From the human T2T-CHM13v2.0 reference genome, Homo sapiens: a stretch of 64,000 nt of DNA. The stretch lies in NCBI RefSeq assembly GCF_009914755.1, contig NC_060925.1. One strand, given 5' to 3'. The stretch's first letter is position 1; each line of letters opens with the position of its first letter. Below the pieces are notes generated by a model. It did not search any database. It was not told where the DNA came from and saw only the letters and a list, made by a program, of their open reading frames with translations. Shown here in pieces: positions 32,913 to 46,097 of the stretch. A program made the translations under genes and the position numbers.

Positions 32913-33599
32913 AAATGGTGAAGTCCTTGCCCACAAGGTGATCCCAGTATCCTTATTATATTGATGAAATAGGCCTATTTATGCAGAAAAAAAATTAGAG
33001 AACCAAATAGCATATCATCAAATGATGAGACGATACAGAGCAGGCAGAGAGCAAGATTTCAATTTTGATCTAATGAAATGACACAGCCAAATATTATGAG
33101 CTCTTGTCTCTAGAAAAATAGCAACCATAAGCCTTAATACTTTCATGTCAGCACAGTTTGGTTAATTAATCCATGATTAATCAGGAAAGTTAATTGAATT
33201 CACAGAATTTAACGAACTAACATCATGATGGATTTAGGATCCCAATGGAGTTGCAAGCTTTCTAACATTGGTTATTTGCACAAGCTGTGATTTTGACCTG
33301 ACGATTGAGGTTCTTGTAAGCAGTGTGGCAGTTAAATGGATGGCAGTGGGTTCCAGATTAAATAGGATGGCATTAGGTGGTATTTTGCAGGCTCTGCAGT
33401 TCAGTTTGCTTTCTGGGAAGGGAGTCAAGAAAAAACCAATAAAAGCCCTTGATTATGTAAGCATTAGACCAAAGCAAGGACTCCTCAGAGAGTTCTAATT
33501 CTTATCGTCTTTGCCTCCTCAGTGCCCTAGTGCATTGCTTGGCACATAGTAGATAATTAGCTAACTAACTGAATGAATGCATGCATGAATAAATAAACA

Positions 33600-34260
33600 A
33601 ACGATTTCTCCATCCATCTCTGAAATACATATTCAATAAATTACCCTGTTCCAGGAACTAAGGTAGGTACTGTATCTAAAAGGTGACTAATAAGCCCTAG
33701 TCCCCGCCCTGGGAGAGTGCCCAGTTTCATCAGGGTAGCTGTCTTCCAACAAGTAATTGCATACAATTTGACGTAGTATCAGGTCAGTGACTAGAATGGG
33801 AAGGACAGAGAGAAGGATCTGAGGGAGGCTTTCACAGAGGAAGTCACACTTGATCTAGATCTTCATGTGCGAATAGATGTTTGCCAGAAAGAGAACTGGG
33901 GAAACCATAGTCCACAGAGAAGGATGGCGTTACTGTTAGGAGGTGCAAAAGCAGAGAGCCTTTGAGGAATGCTGAGTGGCTTTGTGCAGCAAGAACGTGG
34001 GAGGAAGCAGAGGGTGGAACCAGAAGGAGGATTGGAGCAAGTTTGAAAAAAGGAGCCGAGAATGCCAGTTTAGGGAGCCTCAACTTTATCTGGACCTAAA
34101 AGGGAGTCTTTGGAGGATTTTCAGTATGTGAGTGACATGGTCAGATTCATGTTGTAGGAAGGAATTCTTGTAAGTCGACTCAGGTGGGTTGGAGGAGAGA
34201 GAGACTCACTGCAGACTCTGGTTAACAGTTGGTATAGACAGGCACAGTAAGACGGCAGCA
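33600..34260 (-). mobile_element. L2 LINE fragments
   Basis: gagggaggctttcacagaggaagtcacacttgatctagatcttcatg and ttggaggattttcagtatgtgagtgacatggtcagattcatgttg are L2-like. Confidence 0.55.
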
Positions 34261-36516
34261 GGTTGGGTGGGGAGGATAGGTGGCCGTGGTGGGAGGAGGA
34301 TAGAAGGGCACAAGCTCTGGTCAAGTTAATTTCTCTGAGCATCCTTTAATCTGTAAAATGGGAAAAAATAATTCCTGTCTCATAGGGTTGAGATTTTGAT
34401 GAGAAATTGCATGCAAAACTCTAAGTATTTATTACCTGGCTTGTAATAAGAACTTAGTAGATATTAGCTGTTTATGATTCACCTGGAGAACAATTATAAG
34501 AGCCCCAACTAAGGCAGTAGCTATAGGGATGGAGCTCAGGGATGAAAATGAGAGACATTTAGGAGGTTGACTAGAATGCTGAGTCATGTTGTTGCCCCTG
34601 GAGCTGAAGGCAGTTTTATGCTGACATTTGCTGCTACACAGTCGGCTCTGCTGGCTTCATTATAAACTTCCCATGAGGCCCTGGGTCATTTGACCTTGGG
34701 CCATCCTGGGCTGTCAGGTAGAGCCCACAAAACTAAGTCAGCCTCCATCAAGAGAGGCCCCGCTCTGGTTGACAGCAGCTGTACCTGAGCATCATTGCTC
34801 CTGTCCTGGCAGGAGCCCAGGGCATGTCTTGCCTATGTGCTGTGATGCATGGTGATCAGCTTCACTCCTGAGCAGCAGAGCCACATGGGCCCTCCATGTG
34901 GAGCAGCAGACGTGATCTGCATTGAGAAGGAGGCTCAGGTGCAGATAGCAGCTTCTGTGAGCCCCAAGTAGGTGCTACTCACCGGGAGAGACTTGAGGGG
35001 TGCCGGGAAGGACCTCTGCCCACTGACTTTTCTCTTGGTCTGAAGCCCTGCTGTTAGGAACCTAATCGTTTGTATTTAAATGCTCTTTGTCTTCCACTGA
35101 ATGCAAATACCCCAAGGAAAGGTAGTATATTCATTAAGGGAAGGGATAATAATGGTAACAGAAATAATAATAATATTGTGACATCAAATATTTATGGAGA
35201 ACTGTTTAGTATCACTAAACACCATGATGGGCACCTTCTATGCATTGCCTCATTTGATTGTCTGACAGTCCTATTAGGTGAATATTATTACACATGCAGA
35301 AATGAGAACTGTGAGAAGTTAAGAAACTTGATTAAAAACACACAGCATGCCATGCATCATTGAGAGCACTGTGATAGAGAGACCGAGAACTAGGGCAAGA
35401 GTGAGAGTGAGAGCTGGAGAGAGGCAGATGTTGGGTATGGGATGTTGAGTAGGTGTCCCTGCAGGGGAGAAAAAAGGAGAATGGAAGGTAAAGGAGTAGC
35501 TAAATTCTGGCCAGGACTGGTTCTGCTTACTTCATAATCATTAAATTTACAGATTTGCTTCCCTCCATGCCACTGGTGCTATCTTAGTTTGGAGGCACAG
35601 AGATGATCACAGAGCTCCTAAGATGGGTTGGGTTAAAGACTCTAGAGAGGACTAGCTTGACTGTCTAAGAGATTCAACTTTCTCTAAGTCTGTCCAACCA
35701 CAGTCAGAGAGAGCAAAAATCCCTCAAGATCCAGGACTGGGGATTAATAGTTTTTGCATTCCCTATGCAAGGCACAGGGCATGGCACTCAGTAGGTGCTC
35801 AATAGATGTTGACCTTAAAACATTACCTAAGGAGTCCCACCAGAACTCAGGTTTGTTCACCTCAGAACCCTGCACACCCCTCTGACTGCTCTCTCTGTTT
35901 CCAGTGATAAAGGAATCAGAGCTTCTTTACTTACGCATTCAGGAGGGACCACAGGAGAATCAAATGGAATTGAACTGCATTGTTTATTAATGATCGCTCA
36001 TCTGAACTATTTAAAATTTTAATCCTAAATTCTAAGTTTTCAATCAGAAGTGGGCAGAGAAGACACCGATGGACAAGGCAACTAGCCTGTTCTTCAGGGT
36101 TGTGGTAACACATGTATCTCAGACACAGGGTCAGAATGGCTTGATGGTCTCCAAGAGGTATAGCATCCTAGCAGTAAACTGTATATAAACTGTAAAGGTA
36201 ACATGGGCAGCTCCAAAATGACACTGGAGAGAGCACTGGAAGTTAGGAGGTCCTGGTTTTGCCACTAGTTGTGTGACCTTGGATATCATGTTCCCTCTTT
36301 GGGCCTCAATTTGCTCATTTGTAAAATTGGGATATTGGATTTGATGAGTAGTTTTCAAACTGCATTGAGATTTGGAGTTTTGATAGTTTTACAATCTATT
36401 CCAACTCAAACCTGTTACATTTGGCTTCTGCCCTCCCTATTGCACTGAAATGGAGTCACCAATGCTCTGCAAAATAAAGAGCACTTTTTATTCTCTGCAT
36501 TCTTTCTGGGAACCAT

Positions 36517-36658
36517 TTTCTTTTCCTTCCTTCCTTCCTTCCTCCCTTCCTTCCTTCCTTCTTTCCTTCCTTCCTTCCTCCCTTCCTTCCTCTTTCTTTT
36601 CTTTTCTCTTTTCTTCTTTTCTTTTCTTTTCTTTCATCTTTTTCCTTTTTTTTTTTTG
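36517..36658. repeat. (TTCC)n/(TTTTC)n polypyrimidine microsatellite grown from an Alu tail
   Basis: Visible tandem units directly adjoining the AluJ tail. Confidence 0.9.
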
Positions 36659-36945
36659 GCAAGGTCTTGCTCTGTCACCCAGGCTGGAGTGCAGTGGCAT
36701 AACCACAGATCACTTTAGCCTTGAACTCCTGGACTCAAGCGATGTGATTCTCCCACCTCAGCCTCCAGAGTATTTCAGAACACAGGTGTGCACCACCACA
36801 TCTGGCTAATTTTTAAAATTATCTGTAGAGACGAGGGTCTCCCTATGTTATCCAGGATGGTCTTGAACTCCTGGGCCCAAGTAATTGTCCCGCCTCTGCC
36901 TTCCAAAGTGCTGGAATTGCAGGCAAGAGTCACTGTGCCTGGCCC
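36659..36945 (-). mobile_element. AluJ
   Basis: aaggtcttgctctgtcacccaggctggagtgcagtggc...cactgtgcctggcc. Confidence 0.88.
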
Positions 36946-39900
36946 TGTGTAGACCATTTTCTTCCAGAAGTTCTTTTTCCTTTTGACTTCTGAGGTATCA
37001 CTATCTTTTGGTTCCTTCCTAGCCCTGCCTTCTTCATGGAATCCTCTTCTTTTGCCCACTTAAACTTCGGTGTTTCTCTTCTTACACCATACCCTAATGG
37101 TGAGTGACCTTATTTAAAGCCAATTTCAGCTTCCACAGATGAGTACCAATTATCTCCAGCCTTCCCTCTGGTGTCCCACAGAGCTATCTCTCTACTAGAT
37201 AGTTCTACTAGGATGCACATAGGCATTTCAAGTTCAGTATGCTAAATTCTTGGCAAAACACACAACTCCTGCTATATTTCTTATTCCCTTAAATGGCATC
37301 ACAGGTCCCTTATTTGTTCATTTCAAGGATGACTCCTTTCACTCACTTGTGCATCTTCTCTAACTCAACAAACCAGTCACCACCTTCCGTGGCCTCCTTA
37401 AACTCTCCCATATCCATTAACATGCCTCCATCCTCACTGATGTTGCCTCGGATTAGTCCTTCATTGCTTCTTGCCTGGGTTACTATATGTAGTTACCATA
37501 AAGTAACCCAGGTTAACATTCTTTCTGCCATCAGTATTTTCCACCCTCCAATACATCTTCTATACTGCAGACTGAGTCATTTTTCTCAAATCCAATTTCC
37601 AAATTGATATGTCACTCTCCTCCAGTGGATTTTTCTCAATGTGCTCCTTAGTAAAGTGTTTCAAGGTCTAGCTTTTGCTTACCTCTCTAGAATCATTTCT
37701 CTTTACTAGGCTACGTACATTATTTGCTCCAATAGTACTACCCAGCCAAGGCCTGAGCTTCTACAAAATTTTTTTGCTTCTTTTTTGTCCTAACTTGCTT
37801 TCCTGTCTTTGAGCTTTCCCAGATCATCTTGAAGCCACTATCTTTAAAGTCCTAATATTTTAATGGTAATGAACTTAGGCCATTTATATTTAATAAAATT
37901 TGTAGTTTCCTTAGGAAAATGCCCATATAAATTAATCACATAAATGAATGGAAACACACATACAAAAATACGTGGGAGAATGTGTTTTATGTTACAAAAA
38001 TGTGATTTATACTCAACTTTCTAAAGCACAATTATAAAGTAAGGAAAAGTGCATAGCTTTAAGGAAGTAAGCAAATTTATTAATAGATTTTAATATTGAA
38101 AAAATAAAGCAACTTGAGAATATTTTGCTCCTTCTTTAGGAGGTGCAAATGGTTGCCACTGGAAACCATTCTTGCACTGTTCACAGATTGGACAATGATG
38201 CATCTAATTAGAACAAGAGTGTAACGGAGAGTGTTTTCCAAATTGTGGGTCAGGTATAAATAATTAGAGGAGACGTTGGCAGGCTTATTATTTGTGTCTA
38301 GCTTAATTTTCTTCAGATACATGTTCATATGCAAGACTGCATTAAGATCAGACTTAATTTTCACTTAATCCATCAAATAATTTTTCTTAAGCTCAATCAA
38401 GCAATGGTACAGTGATTGAAAGAAGCAAATTGTTCATATACTCCAACATGGCTTCATGTATCATTATTACAATTGATGTCATGACTTATTCCTGGAAAAA
38501 TATTAAATAGCTATCATCCTGGCCTCATAATTGAGGGGATGGGTGATTTAAAAAAATTTAAAAGATATCTGACTTGATTTGTAAGTAATTTTGACCCATA
38601 ACATAATTAGGGGCCAAGCTATAAACCATGCATAAATACATGGAATACATTTTGGCGAAAACAAAATTAAGATTAAGATTGTCATTATGAATCTCTTAAG
38701 TGGAGAAAGAGAAAGTCATTAAAGATTCCACATAGTTTTCTCTTCCTGGTTGCTTAGTGTTAGCACTCAATCAGATTCATTGAAAAAAGTAGTCCTATGC
38801 TGAAATAAGAGTGTTGAAAGAATGTGTGGATGTATTTTAGTGCTGATACCCAGTTACTATTCTAGGTCTATCACTACGATAACTTTTAGCAGTTGTCATG
38901 TGTTCTTAGGCAAATCTGCTAACTTCTTTGAGCCCCAGTGTCTTCACCTGTAAAAGAAGAACAATACTAGCAATCACACCCACATCATAGGCCCACTGGA
39001 GGCGTAATGACTTTATATATGGAAAACTCCTACCACAGTGCCTGCAACTTGGTAGGTCCCCACTCAATCCAGCTCCCACAAATGTAAACAAGCAAACACA
39101 TGTGGAAAACACATGGGCTCAGGCACAGAAGGACAAATATGACTTTCATGTAGGCATGAAGATTGTCTCATGGGTCATAGAGCAATGAAGACAACCTAAA
39201 GAAAAGGAATGGCTCAGGCAAGCAAGTGGACTATTTCGTAGAAACCACTTGAGGCAAAATTCTTCATTTTTGGTGATCATTACTATGCTCATTTTATATG
39301 CTTGTTGGTTGCTAGTCAGCCATGACATCTCATAAGAGTTTCTAAAAAGGAGTAGATTAAAATTTATAATATTGTTTCTTCCAATTACTCATCCCCACTT
39401 AGCCTGCAGGAATAGCTGATAAGGATCTTTTGTAAACTGGTTTCTCAGAATCACGTTCATAAAGCTATAATTTAAAGCCTTTTCATTCTGTGGAATGTGA
39501 TCCAATGTTATTTCTTTGTGGAGTGGAAAGTGGTAGGTGGAGAGTGGTTGGAGACTGAGGGGATCAGGGCAAGGAGAGTGAGAGTAAAATTTGGTATAAA
39601 TATATGTCACCATCTTCTAAATTAAGTATAACATTTGGTCTCTTTCTTAGATATACAAGTTGTCTCTGAAATATTGGAACATTTTCCTCTTATTGAAGGT
39701 TCTGAGAAAAGATTCCTGAGTTTCCCCAGGGCAGGATCTGCCTACAAGTAGCTGACAAGGTGGATGAGTGATTTGCCAGCTTGAGGCTTCCCGGGGACTG
39801 CTCTGAGAATTGGAGGGGGCCCAGAGCCAACTTAGGGTGTGGTTCTAGGCATGGGGCCATTCATACTGGGAGCACCCGGGATGCTCTTTTCTAGAGAGCA

Positions 39901-40239
39901 TCTGGGTAAGAGTGGTGGTGGCATCTGAGCACCAGTGTGCAAGTCCTAGCTCTGACAAGTGAATGATTTCAGGGAAGTCACTTAACCTTTTTGTTTCTGA
40001 TTTTCTGTGTCTGAAATGTGCAGATTATGGTATCTGTCCTGCTTATCAGAAAACACTGTTTTGAAGAGCAAATTGTATAATGTATATAAAGATACCTGGA
40101 AAACAAGAAAGCTTAGTACAAATACAAACCATTCCAGGCTAAAATGGAGATTCTGCGCTGCTTGAAGGAGGAAGGTGTGTTGGAAATGGTACCAACAGGG
40201 CTATCCTGATAAGTGGAGGGGTGTGGCAAACCGAGAGAC

Positions 40240-40455
40240 AATATGGAGTGGTGGCTTTTAGCCACCTGAGGTTGAATCCTGATGCTACCACTTACGGCAT
40301 GCACATCAGGATCATGTTATTTAACCTCTCTTAGTCTCAGTTTCATCATCTGTATAATGGGAATTATCAAATATTTACTACCTGGGTTGCTGTGAAAATG
40401 AAATGAGAAAATACATGTAACGTGCTTGCCATGTTGTAAGCCCTTAGTGAATATT
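40240..40455 (+). mobile_element. MIR SINE
   Basis: ttatttaacctctcttagtctcagtttcatcatctgtataatgggaat. Confidence 0.72.
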
Positions 40456-41282
40456 AGCAACATATAAATAGACATAACAGCTCTTCTAGTTTTGTGCTAT
40501 GGGCTGATTTCATGTATATGACACTTGTTTTTTTTTTTTTTTTTACACAAGACCTTTCCCAAGTTCTTTGTGCCCTACATAGGGGAGGTAAAATGAGGGA
40601 AATCACAAAAATTGTGACAATTTCTAGATTAGACATAGTGTAGGTGTTGTCATGTCTGCAGTGTAGAAGTCACCTTGGAAAGAGTTTGCTCATATTTCTT
40701 AAACATTTTTTAGGGTTGTCTTAGAGATGATCCAAGAACATTTTCTTTCATTCATTCAACAAACTTTTACTGAGCACTCAGTGTGCGTAGGATGAGCTAG
40801 GCTAGGAGATAAGGATGCAGTGGTGAGTAGGATAAATAAAATTCCTCTGCTAAAGAAGCATATGCTCTAGTAGGGAAGACACAAAAAAGTGTATATTTAG
40901 CATGTAGTATGTAGCAACTAGAGCTAGGAGGAAAAGTAAGATAGGGGAAAGGGACAGCATTGTCTTTGGGAGGACCCAGGGTGGAGACAGTAGCCACTCT
41001 CCCCTGTTCAGAACCCAGGAGCACAGAGTGCAGGTCACAGCTCAAAGGGCATTGTATTTGGCTGTCCAATGTGGCTGTTCTTTTTTTTTTTTTTTTTAAT
41101 ACAAGCATCCATTTTTGTTTTAAGACATGAAATGAGGGAATGACCACATATCCTCTCTGTCTCTAATTGGAGACAGTGAGTTTGGGCAGTTAAGATCCTG
41201 GGATCATAACCAGGATAAGGCAGAGGTGACGATCTCTTCCTGCCTGGACCCCTGTCCTGGCCCATCACTACCCATAGGGTAG

Positions 41283-41284
<2 letters not shown>

Positions 41285-41324
<40 letters not shown>
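41285..41324. repeat. (GT)20 microsatellite
   Basis: Uninterrupted GT dinucleotide run. Confidence 0.97.
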
Positions 41325-41326
<2 letters not shown>

Positions 41327-41502
41327 TCTGAGTGGGATGGGAAGGTGGATGGCTTGGTATACATAAGGTCTTTTTCAGAACACTTGAAATGCAGACCTTG
41401 TCTGATAATACTTCTGTGACTCGGGTATATTATCTTCACAGCTCACAGTTTCATGGGACATTTGTGCAGATGAAATTGATCAGCAGCAGGAGGAAAATAG
41501 TC

Positions 41503-41534
41503 GTTGCCTAGGCAACCAGTGGATGACTCATCCA
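41503..41534. promoter_or_regulatory. Candidate enhancer module: perfect RFX X-box plus AP-1 site
   Basis: GTTGCCTAGGCAAC 41503-41516 (14-bp perfect palindrome); TGACTCA 41524-41530 inside the pseudo-palindrome tggatgactcatcca. Confidence 0.6.
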
Positions 41535-43189
41535 GGCTTTGAAGCAGCCAAAGCCATGAGACTGCAGTAATTTTCCAGATGCTTAACTCGCCTTCCTCTT
41601 TCTCTTCTCTTTCGTTGTTTCCCACTCTCCATCCTTCATTTCTTTCTCCACACCCACTTCCCTGGATGCTGCTCACTAGATCCTGAGCTCTCTGGAGCAG
41701 GTATTGAGACCTTATCCCACCACTGCATATGTGGCTTGATCTGCTGCTGCTCCTCATTCTAGCAACCAGGGGATGGATGGCCAGGCTGCAAAAGTCTTAT
41801 TGCTACAGAGCTCCAAGATGCTGCTTGTTGCCTTTAATCATAAAAAGTTTAAGTGAGTGTAGCACCTTTTCTCCTAATTGAATCTAACCTAAGCTTATCT
41901 GTTTGTCTTAGAGATCTGCAGAGCATTTCTTTGAGGAGAGGCAGTTAAACCTTGGGCTTCCCCAAGCAAAGTTGTGGAAATGATATTTAAAGGTGACAAA
42001 GCCCCTTTTGACAGCAGCTCTCTCTGCTGGGTCTTCTCATCCTCTTGGCTCACCTTTCCTCACTCATAGTCTGGGGTCTGATTTTCCAGGCTCTTCTTAA
42101 CTATCCACCATATTCCCCTCTAAAAAGCAAAGTGATAGACGTTTAAACCATTCCCCTTTCCAAAGGCATTTTCATTTTAACAAAGAGCTTTCAAAGGCAA
42201 AGTATTTCAAGACCCCAAAGAAAAAAAAAATCTTTAATTAGCTTTTCAAATACAGATTTAGGCAGAGGGGCTTTGGTGGTGGTCTGTGCCTGGTAAAAAG
42301 GTTTTCCCCTGCACATCGTATGTGCAGTACCTTCTTTGCTGCTGATACTGACTTTAAAGACATTCATATTGGATACTTGTTGGTGCCTCAATTTTGTATC
42401 CCACCCCACCCCCCATACATGTGTATTCCATTCATATGTGTACACACACACACACCCTTGAGCAGCAGGAGCAACTGATGGGGAAAAAACAAACCCCAAG
42501 TGATAAACTTTAGTTCACTCGCTTTTACTAATTGGATGTATGTCAAGCATCTATTCAATGCAGAACATGGTGGCCATCATTGGGACTGGGATGTCTCAAA
42601 ATGGCTTACAGTCAGAACAGATTAAAGGCAAGCAGACACACACTTCTGTGGGAATGAGTAATACAGTTTGGGGAGAGGGTGCTGCTTATGACTGCCTCTC
42701 AGAGTTTGCCCTCTGGGTCCCTTTACTGTTCTTGGTCTTAATTAATTCAGTTGGCTCAGGCCCATGAGAGCTTCCTCACTGGTGCTCCACCTGTCCCACC
42801 ACAGTGTCACTCCACCTTGAGGTGACCTGCCTGCACAACCACCAGAGTCACAGACAGATGCTCGTTCCCTTCATCCTTTCCTGAAGACAGCTCTCCTTCT
42901 GGTTGCAGGGACCTTCACAGTCTGAAAAGACGCTGAACACATATCCTTCCAGTCTGTTTGTGCATTTACACATACAGAAACACACATGACTTCTGAGATA
43001 GGTGAGTCCTTAAAGGGTACACACTCCAGCCATCTGTCTAGTGCCGGCATCACTTTGAAAGCATCTCCAATGGTCATCGTTGTCATCTCACTGCACTTGA
43101 ATGCCCCAGAATGAGCAGCTGCTTCTCACAAGAAAACTCCTTTGTTTTTGGACAAGTTTTAATGTGAATTTATTTGTGCACTTATTGAA

Positions 43190-43640
43190 CAATTCCTTTA
43201 CTCAACAAAAATGAATTGACCTGCCCATGGTTTTTAGACACTGGAGGTGCAATGGTGAGCAAAACCATCATTGCCAACATGGCTTATGGTCTTCAGGGGA
43301 GGCAAAATTAACTGAACAATCAAACAGAACTATATTACCGACAGGGAAGAGTCCTGGGAGGCAGCAGTGCCTGGGAGGGAGCAATGAGACCATAGGGTAG
43401 GGAACTCTGGGCCAGTGAAGATGGAAGGCAGGGGTCAGGGAAGTCCAGAAATGGCTTCCTTGGGAAAGTGATGCAGGGGCCAAAGAATGGAGTTAGCTGG
43501 GCAGAGCGGGGTTGGGTGGGAGGAAGAGCATTCCAGGCAGAAGGAATAGATTGTTAAGAGATTATCTTGAAGTGGCAGGAACCACAGCAGGTTTGAGAAA
43601 GGGAAAGGAGGCCAGTGTGGCTGGAGAGTCCAGAAATGGG
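43190..43640 (-). mobile_element. L2 LINE 3' region
   Basis: tcagggaagtccagaaatggcttccttgggaaagtgatg; gagcattccaggcagaaggaatag; ggaggccagtgtggctggag. Confidence 0.65.
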
Positions 43641-43908
43641 CAGCAAACATGGCTTCCAGGACACTGTGGTGGAAGCCCCAGCTTACTCGCAGTGCAGTTC
43701 AGATGAGGGAGCGATAATGGTTTCTTGCTTTTTCTCTCCTTCTTCCTCTGCTCCATGTTGCCCTCCTCCTCTGACTTCTTCTGTTTTTTTTTTTTTTTTT
43801 TTTTGGGAGCTAGTGCTCTATAACTAATTTGGTCTTTCTCAGAAACCCCATCTGCTGAGGAGCAAAAATTTCAGTTTCAAAGCTTAGTGTGAAGTAAAAA
43901 TATAAATA

Positions 43909-44235
43909 CAGACAGTCCCTGAGTTATGGTGGCTCAACTTAATGATTTTTTGACATAATGATGGTGTAAAACTGTCACAAATTCTATGTAATGTACAGTA
44001 TTCAATAAATTATTTGAGCTATTCAATGCTCTATTATAAAATAGGCTTCGTGTTAGGTGATTTTGCCCAAATGTAGGCTGAGGGAAGTGTCCTGATCACG
44101 TTTTAAGGTAGGCTAGCCTAAGCTACAATGTTCAGTGGGTTAGGCTGTAGTAAATGCATTTTCGACTTATAAGATACTTTCAACTTATGACACATTTATC
44201 AGGATGTAATCTCATTGTAAGTTGAGGAGCATCTG
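43909..44235 (-). mobile_element. MER47-like (TcMar-Tigger) DNA transposon
   Basis: Termini cagacagtccctgagtta / taagttgaggagcatctg; internal taaggtaggctagcctaagctac matches recalled MER47. Confidence 0.8.
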
Positions 44236-44668
44236 TCACCTTTTGTGAGTAAACATGCTCAGATGCAGCAACCCTGACCTGCAACTCTTCAAGATGGTTT
44301 TGAAGAGTAGGGTGGATTTTGGCTTACTTGGTACTTGTAACAGTAATGAAAAAAGAGACCTTGGAACCTTGCAGTGACTTGGACTGTCTTCTGCTTTTTT
44401 CAGTCTCTTCAGAAGTGTCCTTGTCTTCCTGGCCTCCAATTGCTCTGCTGATGTTGGTGGCTGTGGCCTGCTACTTGTGCATCTTGTAGCTGGGTTCTTT
44501 TTCCTTTTCTCTCTCAAATTGGTCAGAGCCCAGCATCTGCCCCCAGGATGATCTGATCTTGTCTCTGCTCTTGCTGTATTTTTGTCATGTTCTCCGATGG
44601 CTTTGTCCACATGTCCACCTGAAGTGTGTGGAGTAAAGTCTTCTGATTTCTGCTCCTATAAGTCCTGG

Positions 44669-45166
44669 TGCAGCAGGATAATTTAGGAATCAGAGAGACC
44701 AAAGGTCGAGGAGGATATATATTATTTATTATTTAGGTGCACCGGCCCAGTCAGATTAACATCCAAAAAGATTGAGCCCTGAACAAAGAGTCCGGTTACT
44801 TTTTAAGTATTTTGTGGGCCGGGGAGATCTGTGCAGGGGGAAGTATATTACAGAAGAGAGAAACAAAGACAGTTATTCAATTGAGACATGCATTACATTA
44901 TTTCTTACTTTCCAAGGAAAAACACGTTTTATGACTTGAGTTTATCTGCCTAGTGACCTTGCAGCTGCACAGCTAGAGAAACAGGGTCTTCACAATGCCT
45001 GGGAAAGGTGGAGAGATAAGACTCACTAGCCACAGAAAAACAGGCAGTTAATTTTTAAAGGACTTCAGCTCTTCCTCTTCCTCAAGGGGAATTGGGTTTT
45101 CTTATATACAATGATATAATGAGTTTTTGCTTACACATTCTTTAATTTCTTTTAATTCCTGTTTCA
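44669..45166 (-). mobile_element. ERV1 solo LTR (LTR15-like)
   Basis: TG...CA termini with perfect 4-bp TSD CTGG (44665-44668, 45167-45170); minus strand starts tgaaacaggaattaaaagaaattaaagaatgtgtaagc. Confidence 0.8.
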
Positions 45167-45599
45167 CTGGTAGGCTGTGGGCTCTCAGCTAGGAACTCAC
45201 TGTATAAGGGGATGTGTGCAGGATGAGAAGTATGGACTAGATGTTTTGTTTTCTACCACAGAACAGCAAGGGGAACCTTCTGTGTTCTGTGGGGAACCCA
45301 TGATTTCGGCAGCCAGACTTGATTCTGGATTAAGCTAAAAGAGAGGATAAAGGAATTCAGGAAATCTTTTCTTGCATGACTACTGGCTTGCTGCAAAATT
45401 CCATTTTAAAGTAAAAAATCAGAATATGAACTCTTCCTCCCAGCTTCTTTGCATTTTTCCTTTACAGTTTTCATCTTTCCCAGAGCAGATGGATGGCTCT
45501 GGCCATCTAGGGGATACATTTACTTTTTTGGGTTGGCAGAAGAGAAAAGTGTGTGGGGTGTGTCCATGTTTCAAAGTAGGATTTCTGTTACTATACTAT

Positions 45600-46090
45600 T
45601 TTAAGGATTTTGGGTGCTTCTCCCTAGGATCACTGGGAAGTCACTGAAGCATTTTTAGCAAGGGAGTGACAGATTCAGATTTGCATTTTTATAAAGACCT
45701 TGCTGTCTACTGTAGAGAATAGATTGGATGGGGCAAGCTACATACAGGCAGATCAGTCGGCAGTTAGTGTGTGGTGGCAAAGGAGATAAACAGAGACAGA
45801 ATTGAGGGATGTCTAGATGGTCAGACAATAGGATAGGGAGACGGATCAGATATAGGGTTGAAGGAGAAATAGGTATCAAGAAAGAACCTCAGTTTCTGCT
45901 TTATATGACTGGAGAAATCTGGGGACCATTTACTGAAAAAGGGAATAGAAGGAGATCCAGATTTAGAGAGTGGTGAAAAAATGATGTCCAGTAGGACATT
46001 TTGAGTTTAAAGTATCTCAGAGAAATGCAAATGGAGATGATCAGTAAGTGGTGGGATGTTTGAGTCTGAAGCCCAGGGCAGAGTCATTTA
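45600..46090 (-). mobile_element. L2 LINE fragment
   Basis: gggaagtcactgaagcatttttagcaagggagtgacagattcagatttgcattttt is characteristic L2. Confidence 0.7.
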
Positions 46091-46097
46091 TGTGTAA

